A stretch of 64,000 nucleotides of DNA from Podarcis pityusensis (taxonomy: Eukaryota). Within the stretch, counting starts at the first letter, position 1; each line of letters opens with the position of its first letter. The notes beneath the pieces were generated by a model. That model saw nothing but the letters and a program-made list of their open reading frames with translations, was not told the DNA's origin and ran no database searches. Shown piece by piece: positions 37,648 to 52,903 of this stretch. Made by a program: the position numbers and the translations under genes. The DNA is taken from the NCBI GenBank assembly GCA_964106645.2, contig OZ067043.1. The stretch is one strand, 5' to 3'.

Positions 37648-39066
37648 TAAACCTGTTTTCAGACATTTTAACAGCTCTTGTAATTTGATCCCATATAAGT
37701 GTTTGAGGATTCTCATACCAAAAACTGAATGAGATAAGCCTTTTCCTTACTTCCCATAGCTTAAGTACTCTCACAAGTGCCAAAAGCAAGTTTCTGCTTG
37801 CAAGTAATAAGGTGTAATTTTGTTTGTGTTCTTCCTTTTTAAAAACAATTATATAGGCACATTTTAATTATTAATTAATTATTTTAATTATTTTAATTAC
37901 TAATTATTTTAATTATTTTGTATGTATGCTCTTTGGCAAATATTGGAATTATTAGGAGAAAATGGGGGGGGGGTGAGGGGCAGGACTGTAGTGATGGTTA
38001 GTAAGCTGTGGAAAACTCATCCTATTTAGATCATTCCTAGACCTTGTAAGATGCATTCTGTGGATGTTAATCTTTTGCTGGCACTTAGTGGGGATAGGAA
38101 CGCTATGAAATGATGAAACGATTGGAGATTTTGGGCCAAGTCATAAATCTGTCATATACATGTTGGCTCCATACATATAAAGAAATAGCTAGAAATTTTA
38201 ACATTTATTTGGCAAATCTGGTGAGAGGCAAAGGCAGTGAAATGAGCCTTTTCTAGTTCCTTTCAGATGTCTGGAAGGACTTCAGCATGTGTGTTGGGAC
38301 TTGTAGAAATATTTTTCCCCACATTACAATCAGTTTCTCGCTGCCCCCCAGCCCCAGTAGTGTTAGAAGCTGGCTTCCTCAGTTTTAACCACCAAGATCA
38401 GTGGTTCTTGTTCATCAGACTTGGCTATGTAGAGGATTCAGAACATGCAGTTGTTTGATTTACAGAAAATGAGGTGCTTTCCTGAAGGTTGAGGTGTCCC
38501 TAGCTTCCATTGGAGAACAGGGTAAGGAAAGGGAAGCTTTTGTAATGCTCCTGTGACCCAAGCCCCGTTGTACAAGTGGCAGTCCTTGCACAAAGTTTCT
38601 GGTGAATCTGCCCAATATTTCTTTAGCGGCCTCACTAGAATTAAAACATACTGTTGACAGCAATCAGAACTGTGTTCTTTTATAGTTATTGTCACTAGCT
38701 GTTTGGCTGCTAGCAAAAATGGTTTCAGCAACATGGGATGTAATTTTTTACAAAACCTTTTAAAATCTATTTCAAACTTGAAAATTCATGCTTTCTCTGA
38801 CTTTGCATATGCAGCTGTTCTTTGGTAAATACATTGTCATGGTGTTCACAGATATTTAAATGACTATATAGGAGTGTTCAATTTTTTACAAATTTGTAAT
38901 CTGCTTGCTTCTTACAGTTCTTTGTATTACTCAGTAAGGAGATCTCTGCCACAAGTCGTCACATAGAGTTGGTTGTGACATCATGTCTCAATGCCCAATT
39001 AACTTTGAGAAAACTGTCTCTAGGATATACTGTATTTGAAGGAATGCAACTCAGAGTAGCTATTAA

Positions 39067-39177
<111 letters not shown>

Positions 39178-39319
39178 TAGCATATGTGGCTACCATATAA
39201 ATAAAGAAGGTATTCTAGAACATTGTGAGTGCCCTTTGGGTGCAGGCATCAGAGGGTTTGGAGTGATTTTCAGCTCCAGCTGGTGTGCCCACTAAGGCCA
39301 TTTCTGGAATGAGACACCC

Positions 39320-39935
39320 TCACCACAGTTCTGCATGTTCTGGCCACCTCCTGTTCAGGCTACCGTAATGCCCTCTATGTTGGGTTGCTCTAGAAGACTG
39401 CCTGGAAACTGCAGATAGTGCAGGATGTAGCTGTAGGAGTCCTTACAGGCACTTATGTGCAATGTTATGTAAAACCTATTCTGTGGGATCTGAACATCTT
39501 CATATTTGTTACCAGGGCCAATTCTTTGTGCTTAAACTAATATATAAAGCCCTTCACGTCTTGTGGGTACACATTTGTTGAACCACCTCTCCCCATGTCA
39601 GCCCACACTCTTGAATTTGGCAGAAAACCCTGCTGGTGGTCCAGCTAGCAGCTCCAGTTCACTGAGTGGAGACCTGGCGCAGGGCCTTATCTTTAGTGGT
39701 GCCACAGTTATTGAACTCTTCCTCCTCTTAGCCATAGCTCTAATGGGTGCCCACTGCATGTGAAGGGCACTTGTTCACATGAGCATGTGAAGGGCATGCC
39801 TGATTCTTAGTCTCAATTTGCGCTGTTGAAATGATTGTTGTTGGTTATTTGCTGTTATTTTTATTGATGCCATTTGATTTGCTAGATGGAAACTACCTTG
39901 GGGTTATTTATTACTTTTAAGTAGTATATAAGAAG
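39320..39935 (+). mobile_element. Decayed L2-clade LINE 3' fragment
   Basis: NALYVGLL.KTAWKLQIVQ remnant and an L2-like 3' end. Confidence 0.65.
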
Positions 39936-40328
39936 ACAAAATCAACTGTATTGTGAAACATGTTTTTGTTGGCAACTTCTGCACATTTGTGTCACTTTAA
40001 AAAATGGAAACAATACAACTCCACATCTTTTTATCATCTTTATCCAATCTGAAAGCCGCACACTGAACAATTTTGACAGATAATTGACTGTTCAGAAGGG
40101 AACGTTGCTGTCACTTCATAGCTTGTCCACAGGTTAAATGGATGGTGCTACCTCAATACAGAGTACTTACCTCATTAAAGTGAGGTAATTTTCTCAAACT
40201 GCATTTTCTAGTGATTGGATGCATTCATATTGTGTTAAACCTACATATTTTTAAATAATATACATAGATAGCAACAGATGGGTGCTCAGTTACACTTCTG
40301 GTTATTGTGAATGTGTTTTTTTATATAG

Positions 40329-40401
40329 GAAATCATGGTGGGCTCCATGTTTCAAGCTGAAATTCCAGTTGGGATATCTAAATACAAAGAAAATGAAAAA
40401 G
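40329..40401 (+). CDS. MIER1: MIER1 coding exon 7, ELM2 start (EIMVGSMFQAEIPVGISKYKENEK)
   Basis: ELM2 signature I.VG..FQAEIP; 73 nt, phase 0->1. Confidence 0.97.
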
Positions 40402-41227
40402 GTAAACTTTAATTGCTGTTAATGCTATGGTGGTAATTTGATCCAAATTAAGAGATCTGACAAATTTGAGGTAAGATGTTTAGGGGAAAAGGTGGCCAAT
40501 GAGGTTCATGATTGAGGTAAACTTTAGCCGTTCTCATAATGTTGCAATGTGATTATCACATTAATTCCATTGGTAAAAGTTACTATTCATTAATTTTATC
40601 ATGTTAAAAATGATCATGAGAGTGACTGTCTATAAGAATCTTTATTTTGGTTACTGGAAAACTGCTGTGTAAGGAATATTTATTTATTTAGGCAATAGTA
40701 TAATTGTATTCAGCTGAATTTCCTGGTCTGGAACTGACAGATGAAGTAACAGCTATTAAGACTCTCATAGTCCAGGGCTTCATCACTGGGCAACACCTGC
40801 TGATCTTGTAGCATTTGGCTCTGGTGGCAGGTACAAGAGGTGCTGAGGAAGCAAAGATGTTAGAAGTCTCAATCCCCAATGCTTTTTGTCATGAATGATG
40901 AGTGAATACTTACTTTGTTGCACACAGCTTCCCATCAGAGCAAAGTGATAGAACTGAGTTGCCCACTTACAAGAGTTAGACTTTGCATAATTTCACCAGT
41001 GAATATATATCTTTCAAGTTGCCGCCAATTATTAGTGAACCAGTAGAACTCAACTCTTCAGGTTTGCCAGTTTTACAGCTCAGCCCTGTGTTATCTACTC
41101 AGAAATAAGTCTGGTTTTCTTCGAGAAAACCATACATTCTGTGTAGAATTATTGGCAGAAATGCTGTCAGGGAAGTCTGTTTAGCATTTCAACTTGTTTT
41201 GGAGGTAAATGGAAAGAATTTTGGTAG

Positions 41228-41746
<519 letters not shown>

Positions 41747-41830
41747 CAGCAGGATCTAGCTTTGTCTTAACACTGGATTTTAAAAACAGAAACAGCTGAT
41801 TTTGTTCCAGTGTTTTTAAACAATAGTTGA

Positions 41831-42019
<189 letters not shown>

Positions 42020-42254
42020 TAAGAGCCCTTTAATATATCAAATATATATCATCCATCCATCCATTATTTTAGAGATCTTAAAATAATTCAGTTTAATATT
42101 TATGGTTTTAATTTTTTTATTGCAAATATTTCAGTGAAACAAAATAAATGAAAAAATGCAAAAGGAAATGAAAGGTACATTAAAAAATTACAATAATTTA
42201 GTTTACTCTTGAGAGTTTTCCCACCCTTCAAGTGTACTTATTAGTTACTATTAT

Positions 42255-43196
42255 GTTGATTTGTGGCTGGTTGACTGATGGAACCCTAAGAGTGCACATC
42301 AATGGTTCCTCATTATTCTTGGAAAAGAATGACGAGTGGGGTGCCATAGGGTCTGTCCTGGGCCTGGTGTTGTGACTTGAATGAAGGAATAGATGGGATG
42401 CTCATCAAATTGCAGGTGCCACCAGAGTGTTGTACGTGTGCCCCCTAGGGTACATGAAAGGGTTTCAAAGGGTGGGCAGCATAATTTTTTTGTTTTACTT
42501 TATCATAGGTTTTTTTAGTTGCATAAAACAATTCAAATATAAAATAATATTATTAAAACTACCCCCAAATTACATTCGCCTGAGAAGGTGGTGCAGTGGT
42601 AAGACAAAACTCAAAAGGCATATACGATTATTGTACCTTTCGGAAACGCTGCCTCAGAATATAGAATCAGCATTCAATATGCCTTTAACAAGTTGGAGAA
42701 CTGGGCCAAAACTATCAAAATGCATTTCAGTGGGGACAAATGTTTAAGGAGAATATCAAAAAGCTGAATCTGTGCAGAGGAGGGCAACCAAGATTTATCA
42801 AGGGTCTGGAAACCAAGCCTTAAGATAAACAGTTGAGGGAGTTGGGTATGTTTAGCCTTGAGAAGAGAAGACTGAGAGGAGCTAGGATAGCCATCTTCAG
42901 ATATCTAAAGGGCTGTCACAATATGGAACAAGCTTGTTTTCTGTTGCTCGGGAAGGTAGAATCTGAACCAAAAGATAAAAATAACAAGAAAGGAGATTCT
43001 AAATAATCATTAGGATGACTTTTCTGACAGTAAGATCTATTTGAGATTGGAATGGACTGCTTCAGAAGGTGGTGGACTCTCCTTCCTTGGTGAGGAATAA
43101 TCCGAGTTTGGGTGGCTATCTGGCAGAGACGCTTTAGCTGCCTTGCGCTAGGTGACCCTTGTAGATCTCTACCAACTCTAGAATTCTGTGATTCTA
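42255..43196 (+). mobile_element. Decayed CR1 LINE 3' region with internal insertion (~42424-42650)
   Basis: SGVP.GSVLGLV, LRELGMFSLEKRRLRG motifs. ATTCTGTGATTCTA terminus. Confidence 0.85.
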
Positions 43197-43258
43197 AAAG
43201 TTCTAGTTTCTTTAAATATAACTGAGTCCTAGTAAAATTGTCCAACTATAACATATAT

Positions 43259-43460
43259 TCAGGTAGGTAGCTGTGTTCGTCTGACAGTCGAAATAAATAA
43301 ATAAATTTTAAAAATTGTCCAGTAGCGCCTTAGAGACCAACTAAGTTAGTTCTGGGTATAAGCTTTCATGTGCATGCACACGAAAGCTTATACCCAGAAC
43401 AAACTTAGTTGGTCTCTTAAGGTGCTACTGGACAATTTTTAAAATTTATTTATTTATTTC
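43259..43460. mobile_element. Penelope-like element terminal-repeat remnant in fold-back (inverted) arrangement
   Basis: ~85-bp-arm inverted repeat at 43290-43460. Flanking direct repeat TATAACATATAT (43247-43258, 43461-43472). Sequence resembles recalled sauropsid Penelope repeats (GTAGCCGTGTT.GTCTG...GCACCTTAGAGAC.AAC...AGCTTTCGTG). Confidence 0.75.
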
Positions 43461-43804
43461 TATAACATATATGCCTAAGTAGATTTGATACGGCAACTAT
43501 GCACACATCTGTCTCACTCATATATAAAGTGGAGGTGGGGTTAATATATACTATGTTGTAATACTGTTGTGGGAAAACAACTTAAAGTTTAAAGCAGCAG
43601 AATACAACATTAGATGTGATCTGCTAATTAGATAAGATTGCACAGGGTGCAACAAGGCAAGCATTTCGCTCCCCATTTGTGCTTTTTGTGTAAATAGTAA
43701 ACAATCCCCTCCTGTTCAATCTCTCTCCACCCATCCCCCCAAAGTTATGGTTAAGAGATGTCTGCATATGACTATGTATATTGGCTAATTTTTTGACTTA
43801 GAGC

Positions 43805-45122
<1,318 letters not shown>

Positions 45123-45394
45123 TAAACCTGGGTGTAGAACAAGAGACTGAGTAATCCAGAGCAAAAATTGCCTTAACGTTCCATATCTGCTTCTGAGCAA
45201 GACTGTGCTATTTACCCTATCTAGCTTAACATGTAATGTGGTGTTTTGGGAGGGAGAAGCAAAGGCAGTTTGCTTGGCTGGTCATTCAGGGGCACACCCC
45301 TAAGGCGTTCAGCAAGGTGTTAATCTGCCTAAATGTCCCCATTTTGAACAATCCCTCAACTCCAAGGTTTGTCATCTCAGAGTGTGTTTCATAA

Positions 45395-45571
<177 letters not shown>

Positions 45572-46465
45572 TAAGTTGGAATCAATTTTGGTTGGTTTTG
45601 TGTTTGTGTAGAAATAGGAAATGAATGTGTGCTCTTCCTAGTCAGAGTTCCACGTAGAAGAAGCCAGGTCTCTCCAAAGTCTAGCGTTTGAATCTAGGTC
45701 TCCCTAAGTCTAGCATTCAGTTAGATTCTGATCTAAATCCAGCAGGCTGGCTCTCCTAGCACAGCAGCTCTTGTCTGTCTTTTTTAGTGCTTTTTGGCCA
45801 GGGAGCCTTCAAAGTGGTGAATAAATACCTGGCAATTATTATAATTGGCCAGCTTACAGCATATCTAAAAACGGTAAAAACATCAAGCAGTAAAAACCTC
45901 CCGATACTACAGTACCCAGCAATGTAATGTCAAACCAAGGAAGTAGAGTTCCATGAAAAATAGTAGCTGGCATAATTGTCTCCAAGCAGTTTGATTTATT
46001 AGACTTGTTAGTCTCCTGTTACATAGAAGTTTGCTGTGACTTAACAGCAAAATAAGCATAAATAAAACACATTTTGGAGTGAGTGACTTGATGGAGACTT
46101 CAGTTTAAGAATGTGTATGCCACCCTCCAATGGAAAATGAACAGGGTTGCTTACAAAGAAGTATAAGACACATAAAGAACAGATATGAGTGGCATAAAAT
46201 ACCATAAAAGCATGGGGAAACTTTAAAGGTGTTTTGCCAGGCACTGCCAAGCCTTCCTGAGTTTCGTAGATGGTGTAGCACCAATGGCAAGAAATAGTTG
46301 ATGTTGTCTTATGAAGTCTTGTTTCTTTATCAAGTATGAACAATATTTTTGCCAGTTGTGCAGTACTGCTTCTTTCTACAATTGATGTCCTTGCAAAATT
46401 AATTTGTACATAGACTGCTGTGTGCTTTCCACTAATGTTTGTCATACTGGAATGATGTTCTAGAG

Positions 46466-47010
46466 CAGTGTTTCCCAACCAGAGGCCATATGGCTCCCTG
46501 GGCCCCCCAGGATATTCCAGTGGAGCCACAGGTGAAAATTGCATAAATGGGGCACCACAGCACGAGGGGCCACAGCGGGAAGTGAGAACTGAAGGGGGGG
46601 AAGCACTTTTTTAAAATCCTGATTGGCCGACTATCCGCTTGGTCAATCACAAGTGGGTAAGGGGGCGGCCTACTAGGGCCTAGTGCTCCTTTTTGCCCCG
46701 TGCATTTTCTTGGAGCAGTCCTGGTTTCATTTCCAGTGGAGAGGGCGATCACTCTACTGCTGTTTTGACCAGTAGAGCCCACGATCCAGAGCCCCCAGGT
46801 CGGGTAAATGCGGTAGTGGGGTGGCAATGGGTAGGGCTAGGCAAGCTGCTTGCGCCCGGTGGCAACCTGGGCTGACTCTGCAAGCCACAGGGTGCAATCC
46901 ACCCCAGCCCCAAGTGTATCAGAGCTGTCTGCCCAATTCTGCAAGGCATGGGGTGAAATCCACCCCGGTGCCTAGCTGAGTGGGGTCGTCTGGTGCTACT
47001 GGCTTGCATC
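46466..47010. mobile_element. Probable hAT-derived GC-rich element (right end not defined)
   Basis: Starts CAGTGTTTCCCAACC after TTCTAGAG, a typical Charlie terminus and target. Confidence 0.5.
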
Positions 47011-47157
47011 AAGTAAATAACTGTCTACTCAGAAGAACGCCACACTGAGTTCAGTGGGCCTTACTCCCAGGTAAGCGTGAGGGTATAGTGTTTTATCTAG
47101 GCAGCCAGGGCTCCTCCAGATGACAAGATCTTTTTGCAGCAGGTCTATCCATGCTGA

Positions 47158-47331
<174 letters not shown>

Positions 47332-47498
47332 TAAAATTTATATGTCCTTAGTATACCTGAAATCTCTTAAACTAAACATTTTTCCAAAGCTCATTGCAGA
47401 TATCCCGTGGGCATTGTGAACAGTTCTATAATCTACACTTGATTCACAAACAGACACAAGTGGTGTGGGGCTGTAAACTCAAATGGGAAATTTCATAA

Positions 47499-47975
<477 letters not shown>

Positions 47976-50900
47976 ATGTTTGGCTTTAGTCCTTCAAGCA
48001 ATTTTTGGGGTGTCCAAAATTTTCAGGGTTGGTAGGTTACCCTTACAGATTCAAATCCTTTAATATAATTTATTGAGATTTTGAAATACATTTTGGTTGC
48101 TTCCTAATCCTGACTGAAGAAGTTACAACATACCTTTAAAATCTTGAATGATACATTTAATTGGAGCACGTTCTATTGAAAAGGACTGCTTCCTGTTTAG
48201 CATTTCAAGGAAAGCATACATAAACTACTGTGCAAAATACACTCTGGAAAGTCATCAATATCAAATTCCATAATATTAGTTAAAATTGTAAAGCAGGATT
48301 CATAAAACAAGTGAGGATCTGATGATAGTTTATCAGTCCATAGGAAGAGAAGCAGTGTTGGGTGGTTAAGGAATGCCTGTAAATCCTGAAAGTTGTATGT
48401 GACAAAATATTTTTTTATATATAGAAATATTTANNNNNNNNNNNNNNNNNNNNNNNNNNNNNNNNNNNNNNNNNNNNNNNNNNNNNNNNNNNNNNNNNNN
48501 NNNNNNNNNNNNNNNNNNNNNNNNNNNNNNNNNNNNNNNNNNNNNNNNNNNNNNNNNNNNNNNNNNNNNNNNNGTCATGATTGAGCTGTAATTTCTAAAA
48601 ACAAGTGTGTAATTTTCATAACTTGTACAGTATGGTAAACTTTTACGAGATTTGATCTGTCAGCTTCATTTTATTTTGCTAAAGCTTTTTTATTAAAAAA
48701 AAAAGAGTAATAGTCATGTTTCAGAAAGCGGTAAAATTTTTAAATATTTAAAATTCACACCCAATTATGAATATCATAATTTTTCAAATTTCTATCTTGA
48801 GACAAATGGTGACTTAGAATTTTGGAATTTAGGACGATGCTTTGATTGCACAAGTGTTCTTGCTTTTATAATTCTTTTTCAGATTTATTTTTATGATGAG
48901 ACAACCTTAAATGCTTTAATGTTGCTAAATCTTGTTAGCCAAGGTCAGGCATTACATTGTTCATTAATTATTTTCACATTTCAGGGAGCACAGTGTAGTT
49001 GTGAAAGGGGTCTGGTAGCCTTGATGAGGACAAATGCACAGCTCGTATTTGGGCCTGATCATACATTCCAAGGAATTCACTTGGATTTATGCTGCTTACT
49101 GCTTCTTAGGAAGCAGAAGAGTCTTTGAATAATTATTGCATATGTATGTATGAATATGCCCGTGTCTGTGAGGTACTGTAAAGGCTGGTAACCTTTTTTA
49201 AAAAATAATTTGCTTGACAGATGTCCTTGACAATGTGGCAGGAATAGTCCCTGTAGCCATGAGTCCCATCCATAAGAGGATTTGGATAATGGCCATGGTA
49301 GAGGTTTGCCATGTTTGTCCCTTATTGCCATGTAAAATGACTCATTGGAAGTATTGTTTTTGTTGCTTTTACATCAGGCTATCTGCAGTTTTCTCCATCT
49401 ACTTGTCTTGAGGCTTGCTTTAAAGGTTACAACCATGCTGTTTCAAGTTGGCCCGATAACTCTGTAACTTGGCAAAATGTGTGATGTTTGGTCTTAATTA
49501 TGTGAACCTCCATTTCATTGTAGATGTCACTTAAGTTATTTAATTATTAATAGAGCCCCCTGCTTTCTCCTGAAATGTTTTGGCAGAATATGTGATCTAA
49601 CTAACAGGGCTAATATTTATTGTCTAGAGCTCAGAAGCAGTGCATCTCCCAGCAGGCATGACTTGCCTCTATAGATTAAACCCTTCATCTTGTAAACTGA
49701 ACTGCTTTTGGGAGGTGACATAGTTGGCAGGACCCAGATTTGTTAAATATGGGAATCCAAAGTTTTCATAGCCTCGTATCAAAGATTGTCTCTATAAAGT
49801 ATGTTAGAGCAAGGCAGCACAATGCTTTTAGAAATCTTATTGCAACTATTTTTCTTCCTTATCTATATATTTTGCAAGTGGAAATGCTTGCAATACAATT
49901 CATAGGAAAGTTTCTAAGTATATTGTTCTCAGGCTTGTAAGTAAAATATAGCACTGTGTACATTTTCAGAATTTTACTTTGGTCTTTGATCTTACTTTCA
50001 ATGGTATGCCTAAGAAAAGTCCTGACATTCCATAATCAATATGTAATGCTCAGCTGTTCATTAAGTATTTAATTGTAATGTGCATTTTGTTTATCCAGGT
50101 GTTTATACAATATTTTATTCATGTTCTTTAAAATGCAGCCACTATAACTTGATAAGACATTGCACTAGTAGTACTATTTAAAATTCTAGTAATATAGTAA
50201 CCTGTCCAAGAAGCTTTCAGTTCTGTTTGGAAAAGGAAAAAAAAACGCTTCCAAATTGGATTGAAAAGTCAGTGCAGCTTGTGTATAGTAATTGTAATGT
50301 ATATTTTTAAGCACTATTGTGTCATGATCCATGAAGTGCATTGTGTGCAGTCTGAATCAAACCTTCAATTCAACAGGTCTGATTGTTGGACTTTATAAAA
50401 GGGTTTAAAGTGATATTTTGAAAGAAATTAAAAATTTGCAAATTAGTTTTTATAAATTTTTCACCTAGTACTTTTGCACTGTTGGTAATCCCTGTGTCCC
50501 TTCCCTAGTTCGCCATCTGCAATTCTGGAAAAGCTGATTATAAAGTATTTTTTTAAACACATTGCTTACATAAATACAACTGAATATATTAAGAGTGGAA
50601 CTTCTGTTTCTTTTAAGAGAAGCTTGTGTCACTAAAGCTTGTGGAACTTTTCTGATGGTGTATTTGGACTATTCAGTAGTAAGTCTTCACAGCCTTGCAC
50701 GTTGAACTTTACATGTGTGTTATACTGATGTATCATTAACATTTCAAAACAATTCAGGTCAGGAGAAGAGATTCTTGAAGCCATAGCTCTAGGCTTACTG
50801 TATGATCAGCCATGACTTCTGTGTTACAAAGCATTATGGGAAACAACGGAATCCATCACTTATTGACATGCTGCTGGGGTCTTGAGTGACAATAATTCAA

Positions 50901-51085
50901 GTCAAATGCTATTCAAACAAAATTCACTATCGAAGTGGTGAGTAGAATAGTGCACCTGTATTGTGATACACCAACCAGATATACTTATTTGCAAACATTA
51001 CCAGTAACACATTTACCTGTTACTGAAAAAGAAAATGGTTTTAATTCTGATAAACCCAGTAATAAAACCAACAAATTTTAAAACT
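47976..51085 (+). other. MIER1: MIER1 3' UTR (approximate end)
   Basis: AT-rich, no recognisable transposons. ATTAAA at ~50427 and AATAAA at 51061 are candidate poly(A) signals. Confidence 0.55.
48434..48573. other. Assembly gap (140 N) in the MIER1 3' UTR
   Basis: Run of N. Confidence 1.
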
Positions 51086-51116
51086 GAGACATGGAAAAAT
51101 TGTCTCAAAATTTATT
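51061..51116. terminator. Convergent poly(A) signals: AATAAA (+) 51061-51066 and AATAAA (-) 51111-51116
   Basis: Hexamers face each other 44 nt apart between the convergent MIER1 and SLC35D1 genes. Confidence 0.45.
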
Positions 51117-52780
51117 TCTAAGCCAGTACAAAAATACATATGGACATAAAATTCCTTCTGGTTTCCTCTTACTTACAGTATATAAAGCCTACAGAATATA
51201 CATTTTTTTAAAAAAGTTGACCCTTAATGCTAGAATTCTCAATCTTGTAAATAAATTCTATATAGGAAAATAGTTAAGAGGAAAATTAACAGCATACAAA
51301 ATAAACTAGTAAGAATTTTGTTTTATCTTCCCAGTGTATGTAGTATCTTATAGAACTTGGCACTGCAAAGTTTTTACAAAATGCAAATGCATTCAGAACA
51401 ATTTTACATGATTTTTAAAAAAAATCTCTGTAACAAATACCCTGAGAGCAACTGCCTCAGTACAGCAGATTAGAGAGAGAGAAAAATACAAGAATTTGAT
51501 TGTATCAGGAATTCATTATACATAGATGACATTTTCTGTAGTCAGGCCATGCAACTACTCTTATTTGCACAAATATTTACATATATTATTCTCTACGAAC
51601 TTGTGTTTTGCAGCGTTTGGTACTTTTAGGCAGGACTCTTGTGCAAGGGAAGAAAGTAAGACAGGCAATGATGTGGTGAGTAATACCATACATAATTGCT
51701 AGAGTTGTAAAATGTATGTGGTGTTTGTTTGAAGTGAATGGAATGTCTTGTATTCTGCATAAGAAGCCAGTATAGTCTTTCCTAAAAAATGAATACTTAG
51801 GCCGAATTCTCAGTTGTTTAGATTTGAAGTTGGTAGGGGAACTGAAGTATTATAAAGTATTATAAAGTGGCTATAGGTAACATGATAAAGTACAAATCCA
51901 ACAAAAAAGACGATACACACCATTCATTTCAATGAGGCCCAAAAAGAAGCTACAGGACTCTACTGAAATGAATGACATTAGTGCAACATGACTATCTGGT
52001 GTGTTGTTTCTATTGGTTTGCGACCAGTGATTGCAGCTGTAGAAGCCCAACTCTCTAAAAAGCAAGTATGTATGAAGTGTGCAACTGGGGCTTATATATG
52101 CATGCACACACAATATGTTGAGGTTAATGAATGGGAACAGGGTAACAATTAAACTGTAACATGCAACTTCAGATCAAGGTGGCTCTTTAGTATTTATGTA
52201 TCTAGTCTCTCCTGTTTTCAGCCCATAATATATAGCTGTGATCAAGAAACCTCAAACTTCTAAGGATTTGAGGGGAAAGATGTGCCACAAGAAAGGGGAA
52301 GATGCTGAATTTATGGATTACATTTTTTATACTGCTGCTTCATTTTCTTTAAGACTGGAATAATACAGGAAGATAGACTTTATGGAATAACTGCCCCCCC
52401 CCCTTACAGTGGCTTTCATAACACAATCTTCTGAAACAAAAATAGACCAAATGTTATTGGGCTATTGGTGTGCAACTGCTTTGCTGTTAAAATTTACCTC
52501 CTTTTTAAGTCTCTTCTCAGTAGCCAGCAGCATGTGCATTTTTCCTTTTGGATAAGGCGTGTTCATATTCAAAGCATTGAAAGGTGGATCTTTTGAAATG
52601 GGTGGGAAAGGGCATCACACACCAAGAAACTTACTAAGGTTTATAAAGTATTTTCCCCAATGTTCTGTAACATGAAAGGTTATGAACAGGGCAGAATGCA
52701 TACCAATGCCATAGAAGCAGAGAAAAGGGTAACAGATGCAGATTCCAGAGACAATATATAACTTTGCAACAATAAATTTG

Positions 52781-52903
52781 ACTGAGGGTCATGGCTTCAA
52801 GCCCCATGTTGGACAAAAAGATTCCTTTCCCCTCAAATCCCTGCACTGCAGGGGGATTGGACTAGATGATCCTTGTGGTCCCTTCCAACTCTACAATTCT
52901 ATG
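52781..52903 (+). mobile_element. SINE with CR1-type tail, 5'-degenerate
   Basis: CCTGCACTGCAGGGGGATTGGACTAGATGATCC...CAATTCTATG, as in 41598-41746. Confidence 0.75.

Noticed and set aside
49740-49940. ORF containing ILQVEML, reminiscent of the MIER1 alpha tail
   Set aside because: No suitable acceptor immediately upstream, no LXXLL, and only three matching residues.
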